Source of the DNA: Thermoanaerobaculia bacterium
Lineage (GTDB): Bacteria > Acidobacteriota > Thermoanaerobaculia > UBA5066
DNA: 64,000 nt
Direction: 5' to 3'
Assembly: GCA_038245905.1 (NCBI GenBank)
Contig: JBBRRY010000005.1
Span: forward strand, 32,001 to 96,000
Shown: positions 44,743 to 53,883 of the stretch, one piece after another
Numbering within the stretch: position 1 is the first letter of the stretch
How the letters are laid out: each line of letters starts with the position of its first letter
Notes under the pieces: generated by a model
Databases searched by the model: none
Told to the model about the DNA's origin: nothing
What the model saw: the letters and a program-made list of their open reading frames with translations, nothing else
Made by a program: the position numbers and the translations under genes

Positions 44743-45526
44743 GGCGGGTTCCTCCGATGCCCTCGGCAAGAGCCGAGGCGTGGCCATTTGGTCCGGCGAT
44801 GACGACTTGGGAAACGCCCGCCTTCATGGCCTCGAGGCAGGCGACGAGTTTCGGGCGCATGCCGCCGCCCACCTCTCCGGAAGACAGCATGGCCCAGGCG
44901 CGCTCGGCGTCGAGCTCGGGCACGAGCTTTCCTTCGGCGTCGAGAAGGCCCTCGACGTCCGTGAGGAAGACGAGCCTCTCGGCGCGGAGCGCGACCGCGA
45001 GCGCCGAGGCGGCGGAGTCGGCGTTGACGTTGAGGAGAGTACCCTCCCGCCCGAGCGCGACGGACGCCACGATCGGGAGGAGGTCGGCGCCCAGGATGGC
45101 GCTGATGAGCTTCGGATTCGAGAAGGTGACCCTCCCGACGAATCCGAAGTCCACGCCGTCGAGGCGAGGATGGAATTCGGCCCACAGGGTCTCCCCGTCC
45201 GCGCCCGACAGCCCGGCCGAGGTGACGCCGAGAGAGCGGAACTCGGCGACGAGCGACTTGTTCACGAGGCCCGAGAGAATCGAGACGACGACGTCGAGCG
45301 TCTCGGGATCGGTGATCCTGAGCCCGCGGTAGGTCTTCTTCGGGATCTTGAGCGCCTGCAGCGACGCGTCGATCCGCTTGCCACCCCCGTGCACGACGAC
45401 GATCCGTTGCCCGGCCGTCCACCGCGCCGCGATCGCGGCGAGCGCCCGCTCGCGGAGAACGGGATCTTCGAGGAGGCTCCCTCCGAGCTTGACGACCACC
45501 GGACGCCCCACGTGCGTCGCGCTCAC
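44723..45526 (-). CDS. argB: Acetylglutamate kinase
   Basis: VVKLGGS, VHGGG, GLRITD, NVNAD, LTDVEG, GGMRPK. Confidence 0.95.
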   Translation of the reverse strand: MSATHVGRPVVVKLGGSLLEDPVLRERALAAIAARWTAGQRIVVVHGGGKRIDASLQALKIPKKTYRGLRITDPETLDVVVSILSGLVNKSLVAEFRSLGVTSAGLSGADGETLWAEFHPRLDGVDFGFVGRVTFSNPKLISAILGADLLPIVASVALGREGTLLNVNADSAASALAVALRAERLVFLTDVEGLLDAEGKLVPELDAERAWAMLSSGEVGGGMRPKLVACLEAMKAGVSQVVIAGPNGHASALAEGIGGTRLASAAA

Positions 45527-46560
45527 GAGAGGCCCTCCGCCTCCGGATGGCCGAACACCCGGTTCATGTTCTGCACGGCCTGCGAGGCCGCGCCCTTGAG
45601 CAGGTTGTCGAGGACCGAGACGAGGACCCCGCGCCGGCCGCCCGGGAGGAGCGCGAAACCGATCTCGGCGCGCGGCGTCCCGACGACGTCGCGCAGCTCC
45701 GGCAGCTCGCCCGCCGGCCGCACCCGCACGAACGGCGTCGCGGAATAGACCTTCGCGTACGCGGCCGCGAGCGACTCGGGCGTCTGCGGCTCCGCGAAAG
45801 AAATGTGGAGCGTCGAGAGGATCCCGCGCACGACAGGCAGGAGGTGCGGGACGAAGACGAACGGAGTCTCGCCGGACAGCCCGAGCTCCTGACGCATCTC
45901 GGGCTCGTGCCGGTGGCTCCCGACGCCGTAAGCCTTGAAGTTGCCGTCGAGCTCACCGAAGGAGTACGCGACGTCGCTCTTCTTCCCCGCTCCCGAAACA
46001 CCGCTCTTGCTGTCGCAGATGACCGGCTCGCCGGGTGCGAGAAGGGAGAGCACGGGCTTGAGCGCGAGGAGGACCGACGTCGGGTAGCACCCCGGGTTCG
46101 CGACGAGGTGCGCGCCCGTGAGCTTCTTTCCGCACCACTCGGTGAGACCGTAGACGGCCTCGGCGAGAAGGCCAGGCGCCGGGTGCTCGAACCCGTACCA
46201 TTTCGGGTAGTCCGCCGCGTTCCGAAGGCGGAACGCCCCCGAGATGTCGATGACCTTCGCGCCCGACGCGAGGATCTTCGGGGCGACTTCGGCGGACGCT
46301 TCGTTCGGCGTCGCGAGGAAGACGACGTCCGGCCGGCTGGCAGCGAGGCGCTCCTCCGAGAAAGGCTCGGCATCTGGCCCGGCCCTCCCCCCGAGAAGCG
46401 GGTGGAGCCGCGCGAAGGGGACCGGCCGCGTGTCCTTCTTTCCGGAGGAGAACACGGACACGATCTCGGCACCGGGGTGCCGCGCGAGCAGCGCGCAGAG
46501 CTCCGCTCCCGAGTAGCCCGTCGCTCCGAGGACCGCGACCCGCGTCTTCGGCTCCGTCAA
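45523..46560 (-). CDS. argC: N-acetyl-gamma-glutamyl-phosphate reductase
   Basis: GATGYSG, ANPGCYPT, KSGVSGAG, HRHEPE, DNLLKGAASQAVQN. Confidence 0.97.
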   Translation of the reverse strand: MTEPKTRVAVLGATGYSGAELCALLARHPGAEIVSVFSSGKKDTRPVPFARLHPLLGGRAGPDAEPFSEERLAASRPDVVFLATPNEASAEVAPKILASGAKVIDISGAFRLRNAADYPKWYGFEHPAPGLLAEAVYGLTEWCGKKLTGAHLVANPGCYPTSVLLALKPVLSLLAPGEPVICDSKSGVSGAGKKSDVAYSFGELDGNFKAYGVGSHRHEPEMRQELGLSGETPFVFVPHLLPVVRGILSTLHISFAEPQTPESLAAAYAKVYSATPFVRVRPAGELPELRDVVGTPRAEIGFALLPGGRRGVLVSVLDNLLKGAASQAVQNMNRVFGHPEAEGLS

Positions 46561-47042
46561 CCGCGTCCCCTGCGGGAGCGTCCCGCGGCGAGGCCCGGCT
46601 CGAGCCGGCGGGCGAGCCGTTGGGCGGCCGCGACCGTGGCCGCTGCCAGGAAGATCGTGTCGTCGCCGGCAATCGTCCCGACGACCCCTTCGAGCGCGGC
46701 CTCGTCCAGGGCGCGCGCGACGGCGTTGGCCGTCGCCGGAGGCGTCTTGACGACAACGAGGGTGCCCGCCGTCGCCACGCCCAGGACCCACTCCTTGAGC
46801 GCGCGCTCGAGGCGCTCCTCGCGGCGGGCCTGAAGCACGCCTTCCGTCGCCTGCGCCTCGCCGCCCGGGACCACGTATCCCCCGGCGGTCTTCGCGAGGC
46901 CGAGATCCTTGAGGTCCCGGGAGAGCGTGGGCTGCGCGACGTCGATGCCGCGGCGCGCGAGACGATGCTGGAGCTCCTCCTGCGAGTGCACGGCAGCGCC
47001 GCGGATGACCTTGAGAATTTCGTCGCGGCGCCGGAGCGCCAT
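46557..47042 (-). CDS. argR: Arginine repressor
   Basis: SQEEL, QPTLSRDLKDLGL, GTIAGDDT. Confidence 0.96.
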   Translation of the reverse strand: MALRRRDEILKVIRGAAVHSQEELQHRLARRGIDVAQPTLSRDLKDLGLAKTAGGYVVPGGEAQATEGVLQARREERLERALKEWVLGVATAGTLVVVKTPPATANAVARALDEAALEGVVGTIAGDDTIFLAAATVAAAQRLARRLEPGLAAGRSRRGRG

Positions 47043-47078
47043 CGAATGACTATTCACAGACGTGAATATTCATTCATT
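47041..47078. promoter_or_regulatory. Tandem ARG boxes separated by 2 bp, overlapping the arg promoter
   Basis: Minus strand AATGAATGAATATTCACG-TC-TGTGAATAGTCATTCGAT matches TGAAT-N4-ATTCA; TTGACG upstream. Confidence 0.88.
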
Positions 47079-47191
47079 CGCGCCGCGCGTCAAGCATTTT
47101 CTTTTCGTGACGCAGGGCACGGGATCGGAGGCCACGGGGGACGGGACTAGAATTCACGCATGGGGCAGGCTTCCCGACGGACCGGGCCGCG

Positions 47192-47755
47192 ATGAGTCCG
47201 ACCCGCTCTTCCGACGCGTTCGAGGCCGAGATCGGACGACTGCCGGAGAAGTTGCGCCGTTTTTTCCTGTCTCGTGGCGTACGCACCGAGGACGACGCCA
47301 GGGACCTTGCGCAGGAGACCCTTCTTCGCGTCCTGCAGAGGCTCTCGCGAGGCGAGCTCCTCGACTCGCCGGAGGCGTTTTCGCTCGGGGTCGCCAAGAA
47401 CGTCTTCTTCGAGTACTGCCGGCGGGTCGCGAAGTCCCACGCCCACGACGGCCTTTCCGGCGCCATCGATCTTGCCGGGGGCGAGGATCCCCTTACCGAA
47501 GCCCTCGCTTCGAGCCAGGCCATTCGATTCCGCCGGGCGCTCGAGCTCCTGCCCGAACGCATGAAGAACCTTCTCCTCAAGCGGTTCGTGGAAGAGGTGC
47601 CGTCGCGAACGATCGCCCGCGAGGAAGGGATCTCGACGGACGCCATCGACATGCGCGTCTATCGCGCCAAGCGCGAGCTCAAGAAGCGCATGGACCGCGA
47701 AAAAGCGGCGCGGGACGGCGGGCAACCGACTCCGGAACCGGACGCCCTCCCGTGA
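47192..47755 (+). CDS. ECF sigma-70 factor
   Basis: Region 2 ARDLAQETLLR, region 4 ALELLPER..IAREEGIS..RVYRAKREL. Confidence 0.9.
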   Translation: MSPTRSSDAFEAEIGRLPEKLRRFFLSRGVRTEDDARDLAQETLLRVLQRLSRGELLDSPEAFSLGVAKNVFFEYCRRVAKSHAHDGLSGAIDLAGGEDPLTEALASSQAIRFRRALELLPERMKNLLLKRFVEEVPSRTIAREEGISTDAIDMRVYRAKRELKKRMDREKAARDGGQPTPEPDALP

Positions 47756-47765
47756 GTCCCCGGTC

Positions 47766-48593
47766 GTGAGCGCCCTGGAACCCGGTCCCGAGGAAATTCG
47801 CGACTACCTGCTGCGCCGCATGCAAGACAAGGCGCGGGGCCGCTTCGAGGAAGCCTACTTTCAAGACGACACCCTCCTCGACCGAATCGAGGCGGAAGAG
47901 GACGCGCTGGTCTCCGACTACGTCCTCGGCCGGCTGGACGCGGCGGAGCGGCGCCTCTTCGAAGAGTCTCTGCTCGAAACGCCCTACTACAAGAACAGGG
48001 TCGAGACTACGAGCCGGCTCAAGCTGAGAATTGAAGCTCCGGGTCTCTTCCCCGCTCGCACCGAAGCGCCCGGCGGCGACGCGCACCTGTTTCCGGGCCG
48101 CTCCGGGGCGGGAGTGGCCTTCGGTCTCCTGGCGCTGCTCCTCGTGGCCGCCCTCCTCTCGGCTTTGCGGCTCAAGAGCGACCTCACGCGCGCGCGCCTC
48201 GAGTTGGCAGCGCGGCCCGTCAGCGCGGCCGATCCCGCCGCCCACGCGGGAGTCGTGCCTCTGGCCCAGACCGTCCTTTTGGGAGGCGAGCGAAGCGCGG
48301 GCCCGGCCATCACGATCCTGAGACGGGCGGCAGGCGGGGCCATTCTGCTCAGCTTTCCCCGGTCGCTGGCGGGCCGCGCGCCGTCGACCCTGAGCGTGGC
48401 CCTCCTCGACGGGAAGAGGGTGGTCTGGGAATCGGCCGCATTCCCATCGAAGGAAATGGAGGAGGGCGACCTGTCGCTTCGCCTCCCTCCTGGTGTGCCA
48501 CCGGCGGGCTCGTACGCCGTGCTTCTCAAGGCTCCGGGCACGCCCGAGAAAGCCGAGACGCTGCTCGGGATCCTCGAGATCACCGAGCGCTGA
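47766..48593 (+). CDS. Probable membrane anti-sigma factor
   Basis: Directly after the ECF gene; YLL..FEE..EDALVSDYVLGRL..ERRLFE N-terminus, one TM, beta-rich C-terminal domain. Confidence 0.65.
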   Translation: MSALEPGPEEIRDYLLRRMQDKARGRFEEAYFQDDTLLDRIEAEEDALVSDYVLGRLDAAERRLFEESLLETPYYKNRVETTSRLKLRIEAPGLFPARTEAPGGDAHLFPGRSGAGVAFGLLALLLVAALLSALRLKSDLTRARLELAARPVSAADPAAHAGVVPLAQTVLLGGERSAGPAITILRRAAGGAILLSFPRSLAGRAPSTLSVALLDGKRVVWESAAFPSKEMEEGDLSLRLPPGVPPAGSYAVLLKAPGTPEKAETLLGILEITER

Positions 48594-48600
48594 TCCGCGG

Positions 48601-49257
48601 TCAGAAGCCGGCGCGGGCGTGCAGGCCTTCGAGGAAGATCCCCGCGAATTCCTCGCCAATCTCGTCCGCGGAAGCTCCGCCGCCCGCGCGATACCAGCGG
48701 GCCATCCAGTTCATCGCGCCCAGAATCGCGAACGCCGCCAGCTTCGGATCGACCGCGCGGAAGACCCCCTGCTCCACGCCCTCGGCGATCACGTCGCGCA
48801 GGCTGTTCTCGTATGCGTCGCGGACGCCCACGACGTTCGCGCGGCGCCGCGCGTCCAGGGCGTCGAACTGGAGCGCCAGTGCGGTCCCGTGAAATTTGTC
48901 CACCATCACGCGCGCATGCTCGACGATGATGCGCCGGAGCGCTTGATCGGGCGGGAGCGCCGAGGCGCGCACGCGCTCCGTCACATCGAGCATCGCCTCG
49001 AGAGCCGTCTCGTGGCACAGGGCGAGAATTTCTTCCTTGTCTCGAAAGTAGTAGTAGAGGCTTCCCCGCGTCAGGAGGAGCTCTTCGGCGATGTCGTCCA
49101 TGGACGTTCCGTAGAACCCTTTCGCCGCGAAGCTTCGAACGGCGCTTTCGAGGATCAGCGCGCGCTTGGCCTTACGCTTCGTCTCGACGTGCGCAGAGGG
49201 GGCGCGCCGCCTGGCGGTTCCGCCGCCCCTCGCTCCGGAGGGTTCCTTGCGCGACAT
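48601..49257 (-). CDS. TetR/AcrR family regulator (KstR2-like)
   Basis: [42 protein letters not shown]. Confidence 0.93.
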   Translation of the reverse strand: MSRKEPSGARGGGTARRRAPSAHVETKRKAKRALILESAVRSFAAKGFYGTSMDDIAEELLLTRGSLYYYFRDKEEILALCHETALEAMLDVTERVRASALPPDQALRRIIVEHARVMVDKFHGTALALQFDALDARRRANVVGVRDAYENSLRDVIAEGVEQGVFRAVDPKLAAFAILGAMNWMARWYRAGGGASADEIGEEFAGIFLEGLHARAGF

Positions 49258-49292
49258 GGTCTCTCGATCTTAGGCCGCCGCTCCTGGAAACG

Positions 49293-49326
49293 AAAAAGGC
49301 CGCCTCCCTACAAGAGAGAGGCGGCC
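49293..49326 (-). terminator. Rho-independent terminator after tRNA-Pro
   Basis: GGCCGCCTC...GAGGCGGCC hairpin followed by TTTTT on the minus strand. Confidence 0.85.
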
Positions 49327-49337
49327 GAGCGGGAAAT

Positions 49338-49415
<78 letters not shown>

Positions 49416-49517
49416 AGGAGCGCGGACGATACCATTCCGGCGCGTCCGCGAAAAGGGGCCGGGGTTGTCGAATCCGGGCGGTCCCGTTCGACCAGATGAG
49501 GAAGGCCAGGAACGCCG

Positions 49518-49844
49518 GCGCTCCATGCGCGCGCCGCGTCGCCCGCCGAGACCGACTGGCGGCAGATCGCTGCGCTTTACGACACGCTCCGGCGTTTGCG
49601 CCCCTCCCCCGTCGTCGCGCTCAACCGCGCCGTTGCCGTCGCGATGTTCGCGGGGCCCGAGGCCGGCCTCCCGCTCGTCAAGGAGCTCGAGCGCTCGGGC
49701 GCGCTCGCGGGCAACGAGCCCGAGAGGCGGTTTCTTTCGAGAAGGCTCGATGCCGCCGAACGCGCCCGAGCAACAGCCGCGGGAAGACAAGGGCTCGACG
49801 ACTTGCGCCGAGACGCACGTCAACCGGATGAAAGGCGTCGATGA
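49518..49844 (+). pseudogene. C-terminal remnant of an ECF42-type sigma factor with an internal deletion
   Basis: ALHARAASPAETDWRQIAALYDTL..PSPVVALNRAVAVAM..GPEAGL..GALAG joined directly to NEPERRFL; sigma domains absent. Confidence 0.8.
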
Positions 49845-49868
49845 CAAAAAACTGTGGCTTACGGGCGG

Positions 49869-50369
49869 TCAGAACCGATCCTGGGCTTGCTTCCTGAGGT
49901 ACGAACGACTGCCCGCGGCGACGCGTAGCTCGGCGCAGGCTTCCGCCCACGTGAATCCCTGGAGGACGAGCCGCATGAGTGAGGCAGCGATCTGCGGGAG
50001 CGCTTCGACCCGCGCCTTAGCTTCAACCTTCGACAGACTGGAATCGCACCGCGAGGCCTGCCCCAGGCTCGCGAGCGCACCAGCGGGCTCGAACCGGGTC
50101 GGGCGCAGGCGGGCCCTGTTCTTCGTCCGTAGGAATCGGCTCGCGAGCGTCGAAACCAGGCGGTCACCCGGAGGGAACTCCGCTAAGTTGATTCTCTGAT
50201 TCAGTAACCACAGCACGACTTCTTGACGCACGTCATCCCGGCAGGGTGCGTTAAATTTCTTCCGCCGCAGGACGCGATCGACGGAGTCAAGCAAAGCAGC
50301 GCCGACCTCCTCTGATACAGGGCGTTCGATCACAGCCGCAGTCACTATTTCAGTGTAGCCCTCAATCAC
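49869..50369 (-). CDS. Divergent ECF-like sigma factor
   Basis: DDVRQEVVLWL (region 2-like), ALPQ..QGFTWAEACAEL (region 4-like); atypical codon usage. Confidence 0.55.
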   Translation of the reverse strand: MIEGYTEIVTAAVIERPVSEEVGAALLDSVDRVLRRKKFNAPCRDDVRQEVVLWLLNQRINLAEFPPGDRLVSTLASRFLRTKNRARLRPTRFEPAGALASLGQASRCDSSLSKVEAKARVEALPQIAASLMRLVLQGFTWAEACAELRVAAGSRSYLRKQAQDRF

Positions 50370-50529
50370 ACCCTCGCGCCATGCACGTGCATCAATTCGC
50401 CCGATTCGTCATCGATTCGCCCCTCGCCGGCCATTATCTAGATGAAAGCAAAGGGAATCTGTCCTCCCTCGCTTCACGAAAGAGATCCGATCTCACCTGG
50501 ATTGAAAGAAAGGCACCGAAGGGATCACT

Positions 50530-52062
50530 ATGAAACGTGCTCTTCTCTTCCTCACGCTGGTCGTCGCTGTCCTGGCCTTGCCGCAGCTCGCCGAATCCCA
50601 GGATACGGCTGCGGTCCAAGAAAAGGTCCGCTGGCTCAACAGCTTCGCGATGAGCGGCGCCGCGTACCATGCGCAGATGCAAATGCTGGGCTTGGCGACG
50701 AAGGCCGCCTCCCCCGCGCCAAGCTGGCCGCCGGATCCCGACCCTTACCCCTACTCGAGCTACGTCGCCACAAACGACAATCCCTCGCAGGACGTCGAGC
50801 CTACCATCTCAAACGTCTGGGTGGGGGGGGCACCGTACGTAACGACTGCCTATATTAGCTATCCGGCCGCGTATCCGCACCTGCCCCTTCTTCGAACCGT
50901 CACAACATCGACCTCGTTCACGAGCTTCACGCCCAGCACCCTCTCGCTGCCCGCCCCCCTACCCGGCCAGCCGGAGTTTCAACAGGAGTGGGATCCGTTT
51001 CTTGCCGCAAACAACGGCGGCGTCGTCGCTCCCAGACGCCTGTACGCGATCGGGATCGCCGGCTCGTACACAACGCCTCTCATTACGGCGGTAGTCCTCT
51101 GGCGTTCGGAAGACGGGGGACTTACATGGTCCGCACCGGTCATCATCGACGACAACCACCTAACCCCCTCCGGCCCCACCGGTTTCTTTCTCGACAAGCC
51201 TCACGTTGTTGTCAATCCCAACTCGGGATACGTCTTCGTCACATATCTCGCGTATTCGACCGCTACACACGGCCTTGCAACGACGCATTTCTCCCTCAGC
51301 ACGAACGGGGGGATATCGTTCGCAGCCCCGACAGCGCTATTCGCCGGCACCATCGGCGGGCCGCAGCTCGCAGTGAATAGCGGTAGTAACAACCTCTACC
51401 TCGTATGGGCTGACTACGCCAGCAACCGGCTCTTCGCGAGCACGTCGGTAAACAATGGAAGCTCGTGGGGCTCGCCCGTGGGGCTGACGCCCTCCATCGG
51501 CCAGCTCGTTGGTCCGATGCCTACCGAGGTCCCTCAACTTTCGAACGGAATCCACGTCTTCTCCCTTCCGATGGTGCGATACAATCCCGTTGCAGATGTC
51601 CTTGGCGTCACGTGGCATCAACGCGAGGACACCAACATCACCAACCCGGTGCCGACGGACGTTTATTATTCGTACTTCAACGGCAGCGCGTGGGCAACGC
51701 CAATCGCGGTCAGCGCGATAGCTGGGCAGGACGAGTTCATGCCCGCGCTCGACAGTAACGCGAGTGGATACATTTCGATAACGTATTACAGCACTTATGG
51801 AAGCATCGGCAACGTACAATATCGGGAGTGGCTAGCCTACTGCTCGTTCAGCGGCGCAGAACCGATGACACACGAGCGCTTATCGCCACTATGGTCTAAC
51901 CCACACAATTACACAATTATTCAAGACTTTATTGGCGACTATCAGGATGGCACGAGCATCCGAGGGCTGGGGTACAACCAGTACGTCTCGGCCTGGGTCG
52001 GAATCGACGCCAGTTACAACACGGCACATGGGGACATCTACCTAACGGACGTGAGCCCCTAA
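50530..52062 (+). CDS. Secreted BNR/Asp-box (sialidase-fold) protein
   Basis: Signal peptide; Asp-boxes SEDGGLTW, STNGGISF, SVNNGSSW; LDKP; FIGDY. Confidence 0.8.
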   Translation: MKRALLFLTLVVAVLALPQLAESQDTAAVQEKVRWLNSFAMSGAAYHAQMQMLGLATKAASPAPSWPPDPDPYPYSSYVATNDNPSQDVEPTISNVWVGGAPYVTTAYISYPAAYPHLPLLRTVTTSTSFTSFTPSTLSLPAPLPGQPEFQQEWDPFLAANNGGVVAPRRLYAIGIAGSYTTPLITAVVLWRSEDGGLTWSAPVIIDDNHLTPSGPTGFFLDKPHVVVNPNSGYVFVTYLAYSTATHGLATTHFSLSTNGGISFAAPTALFAGTIGGPQLAVNSGSNNLYLVWADYASNRLFASTSVNNGSSWGSPVGLTPSIGQLVGPMPTEVPQLSNGIHVFSLPMVRYNPVADVLGVTWHQREDTNITNPVPTDVYYSYFNGSAWATPIAVSAIAGQDEFMPALDSNASGYISITYYSTYGSIGNVQYREWLAYCSFSGAEPMTHERLSPLWSNPHNYTIIQDFIGDYQDGTSIRGLGYNQYVSAWVGIDASYNTAHGDIYLTDVSP

Positions 52063-52122
52063 GTTCAGGGGTTGCAGCAGTCCCATACCGGCTCGCTGCT
52101 CGTCGCGAAAACAGAGGAGAAT

Positions 52123-53874
52123 ATGAACCGACAAAGGGGAAGCACGACGCCAGCGATCGTAGCGCTCGCGGCATTGCTGCTTGGCCGGGGACCAGCGCCA
52201 GGTCAGGTGATTACAGAATTCGCCCTACCCGCCGGCACGCCTGTAACGCCCCTTCGCCTTTTTACCGCGTACGGGCGTGCAATGACAACCGGCCCCGACG
52301 GCAACCTCTGGCTGACGCACGCCGGGCGCTCGAGCATCGTCCGCGTGACACCAGGCGGTGAAGTTGCAGAGTTCAAGATGTCGGCGCCTCTGGCCGGGAT
52401 CACCGCAGGCCCGGATGGAAACCTCTGGTTTGCAGCGGGCGACAGGATCGGCCGCCTTTCACCTGACGGGACGTCGCTTACGCAGTTCCCGCTGCAATAT
52501 GGGAGAGACGCCGTGGGTATCGTCGCGGGCCCGGACGGCAACCTCTGGTTTACCGAGAGCAGTGACGATTGCCTATGCCCGGGAGGGGCAGTACCTTTTC
52601 CTGTTGCGATCGGCAAGCTGACGCCTGGTGGCTCGATGGCCGAGTACCCGGTCCCGCTCAATCGGAGCGCCGCAGGCATCATCGTAGGGCCCGACCGGAG
52701 CCTTTGGTACACCGGGGGCTCGGCAACCGGCATCGGGCACGCCACGGTCCAGGGCGTTCTGACCGGCGTCGCAACCCAGCCCGCCATCAGCGTACCGACC
52801 GGAATTGCTCTAGGGCCCGATGGGAACGTCTGGTTTGTGGGACCGACCGCGAACCTCGGTGAGTTCCAAGCCGGGAGGGTTACACCGGCTGGCATCGTCA
52901 CGACGTACCCCCTGGCGTCACCCGGTGCTCTTCCCCTCGACATCGTCGCCGGGCCCGACGGGAATCTCTGGTTCACAGAGATGAATGCCAACAAGATCGG
53001 GCGTATCACGCCGCAGGGCGTCATCACCGAGTTCCCAGTCCCGACCCCGGATTCGCAGCCGACCGCCATCTGCGTGGGGCCGGACGGCAACATCTGGTTC
53101 ACGGAATCCAATGCCGGCAAGGTCGGACGGCTCGCTCTCTCGGGGCCTGCCTCCGGAAAGGTCACGCTCACCGTTCCAGCCGCGGCCTCGTCGGCGGGCG
53201 CGAACGGCACGTTCTTCCACACTGACCTCTGGCTTATGAACCGGTCGCACACATCGACAGTCGTCGCGACGCTCACGTACCGGTGCGCGGCGGGACTCGC
53301 CTGCGGCAACGCCGTTCAGCCCGTGACGCTCCAGCCCCGCCAATCGACGATGCTCACCGACGTGATCGGGCGGACGTTTGGCGCCCCGAGCACGTCCGGC
53401 GCCATCGAGGTCTCCTGGCCCACGACCTCAGGTCCCGTCAGCGCCTCGTCGCAGGTCTCATCGCCGATGCCACCGGCTCCCGCGTTCGGCACGCTGATTC
53501 CCGCACTGCCGCTTGCGGACGCGAAGATGTACGCGGTTTTCATCGGCGTCGCATCCGGCGGCGGCCTGGCGTCGGGCTCGCGCTCCAACGCCGGGGCTTA
53601 CAACCCGCAGGCGCTACCCGTGGATGTGACGTTCGTGCTCTACAAGGGGGACGGGACAAGCCTGGGGACGTACACGAGGACGTACCAGCCGAATGAGTCC
53701 CACCAGCTATTCCCGAACATCTTCGATCTTCTCGGGGTTGGTTCGACGCCGGCGAAGGACGCCTATCTCGTCGTGTCCGCCACGGCGCCGGTCTTCCCGT
53801 ACGTGACCGTCATCGACAACGTCTCGGGCGACTCGTCGTTCCTCTCCGCCTCGGACGACGAAACGGCGCCGTAG
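52123..53874 (+). CDS. Secreted Vgb-lyase-like beta-propeller with C-terminal Ig-like domain
   Basis: Seven GPDGN(L/V/I)WF-type repeats; C-terminal VPAAASSAGANGTFFHTDLWLMN...VIDNVSGDS; SD GAGGAG. Confidence 0.88.
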   Translation: MNRQRGSTTPAIVALAALLLGRGPAPGQVITEFALPAGTPVTPLRLFTAYGRAMTTGPDGNLWLTHAGRSSIVRVTPGGEVAEFKMSAPLAGITAGPDGNLWFAAGDRIGRLSPDGTSLTQFPLQYGRDAVGIVAGPDGNLWFTESSDDCLCPGGAVPFPVAIGKLTPGGSMAEYPVPLNRSAAGIIVGPDRSLWYTGGSATGIGHATVQGVLTGVATQPAISVPTGIALGPDGNVWFVGPTANLGEFQAGRVTPAGIVTTYPLASPGALPLDIVAGPDGNLWFTEMNANKIGRITPQGVITEFPVPTPDSQPTAICVGPDGNIWFTESNAGKVGRLALSGPASGKVTLTVPAAASSAGANGTFFHTDLWLMNRSHTSTVVATLTYRCAAGLACGNAVQPVTLQPRQSTMLTDVIGRTFGAPSTSGAIEVSWPTTSGPVSASSQVSSPMPPAPAFGTLIPALPLADAKMYAVFIGVASGGGLASGSRSNAGAYNPQALPVDVTFVLYKGDGTSLGTYTRTYQPNESHQLFPNIFDLLGVGSTPAKDAYLVVSATAPVFPYVTVIDNVSGDSSFLSASDDETAP

Positions 53875-53883
53875 CTCCGGAGC

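Noticed and set aside
52270-53110. Recurrent GGCCCGGACGGCAAC repeats
   Set aside because: They encode in-frame GPDGN propeller blades with synonymous variation
52123-53150. Streptogramin resistance (vgb)
   Set aside because: Signal peptide and extra domain suggest a generic secreted propeller; catalytic residues not evident
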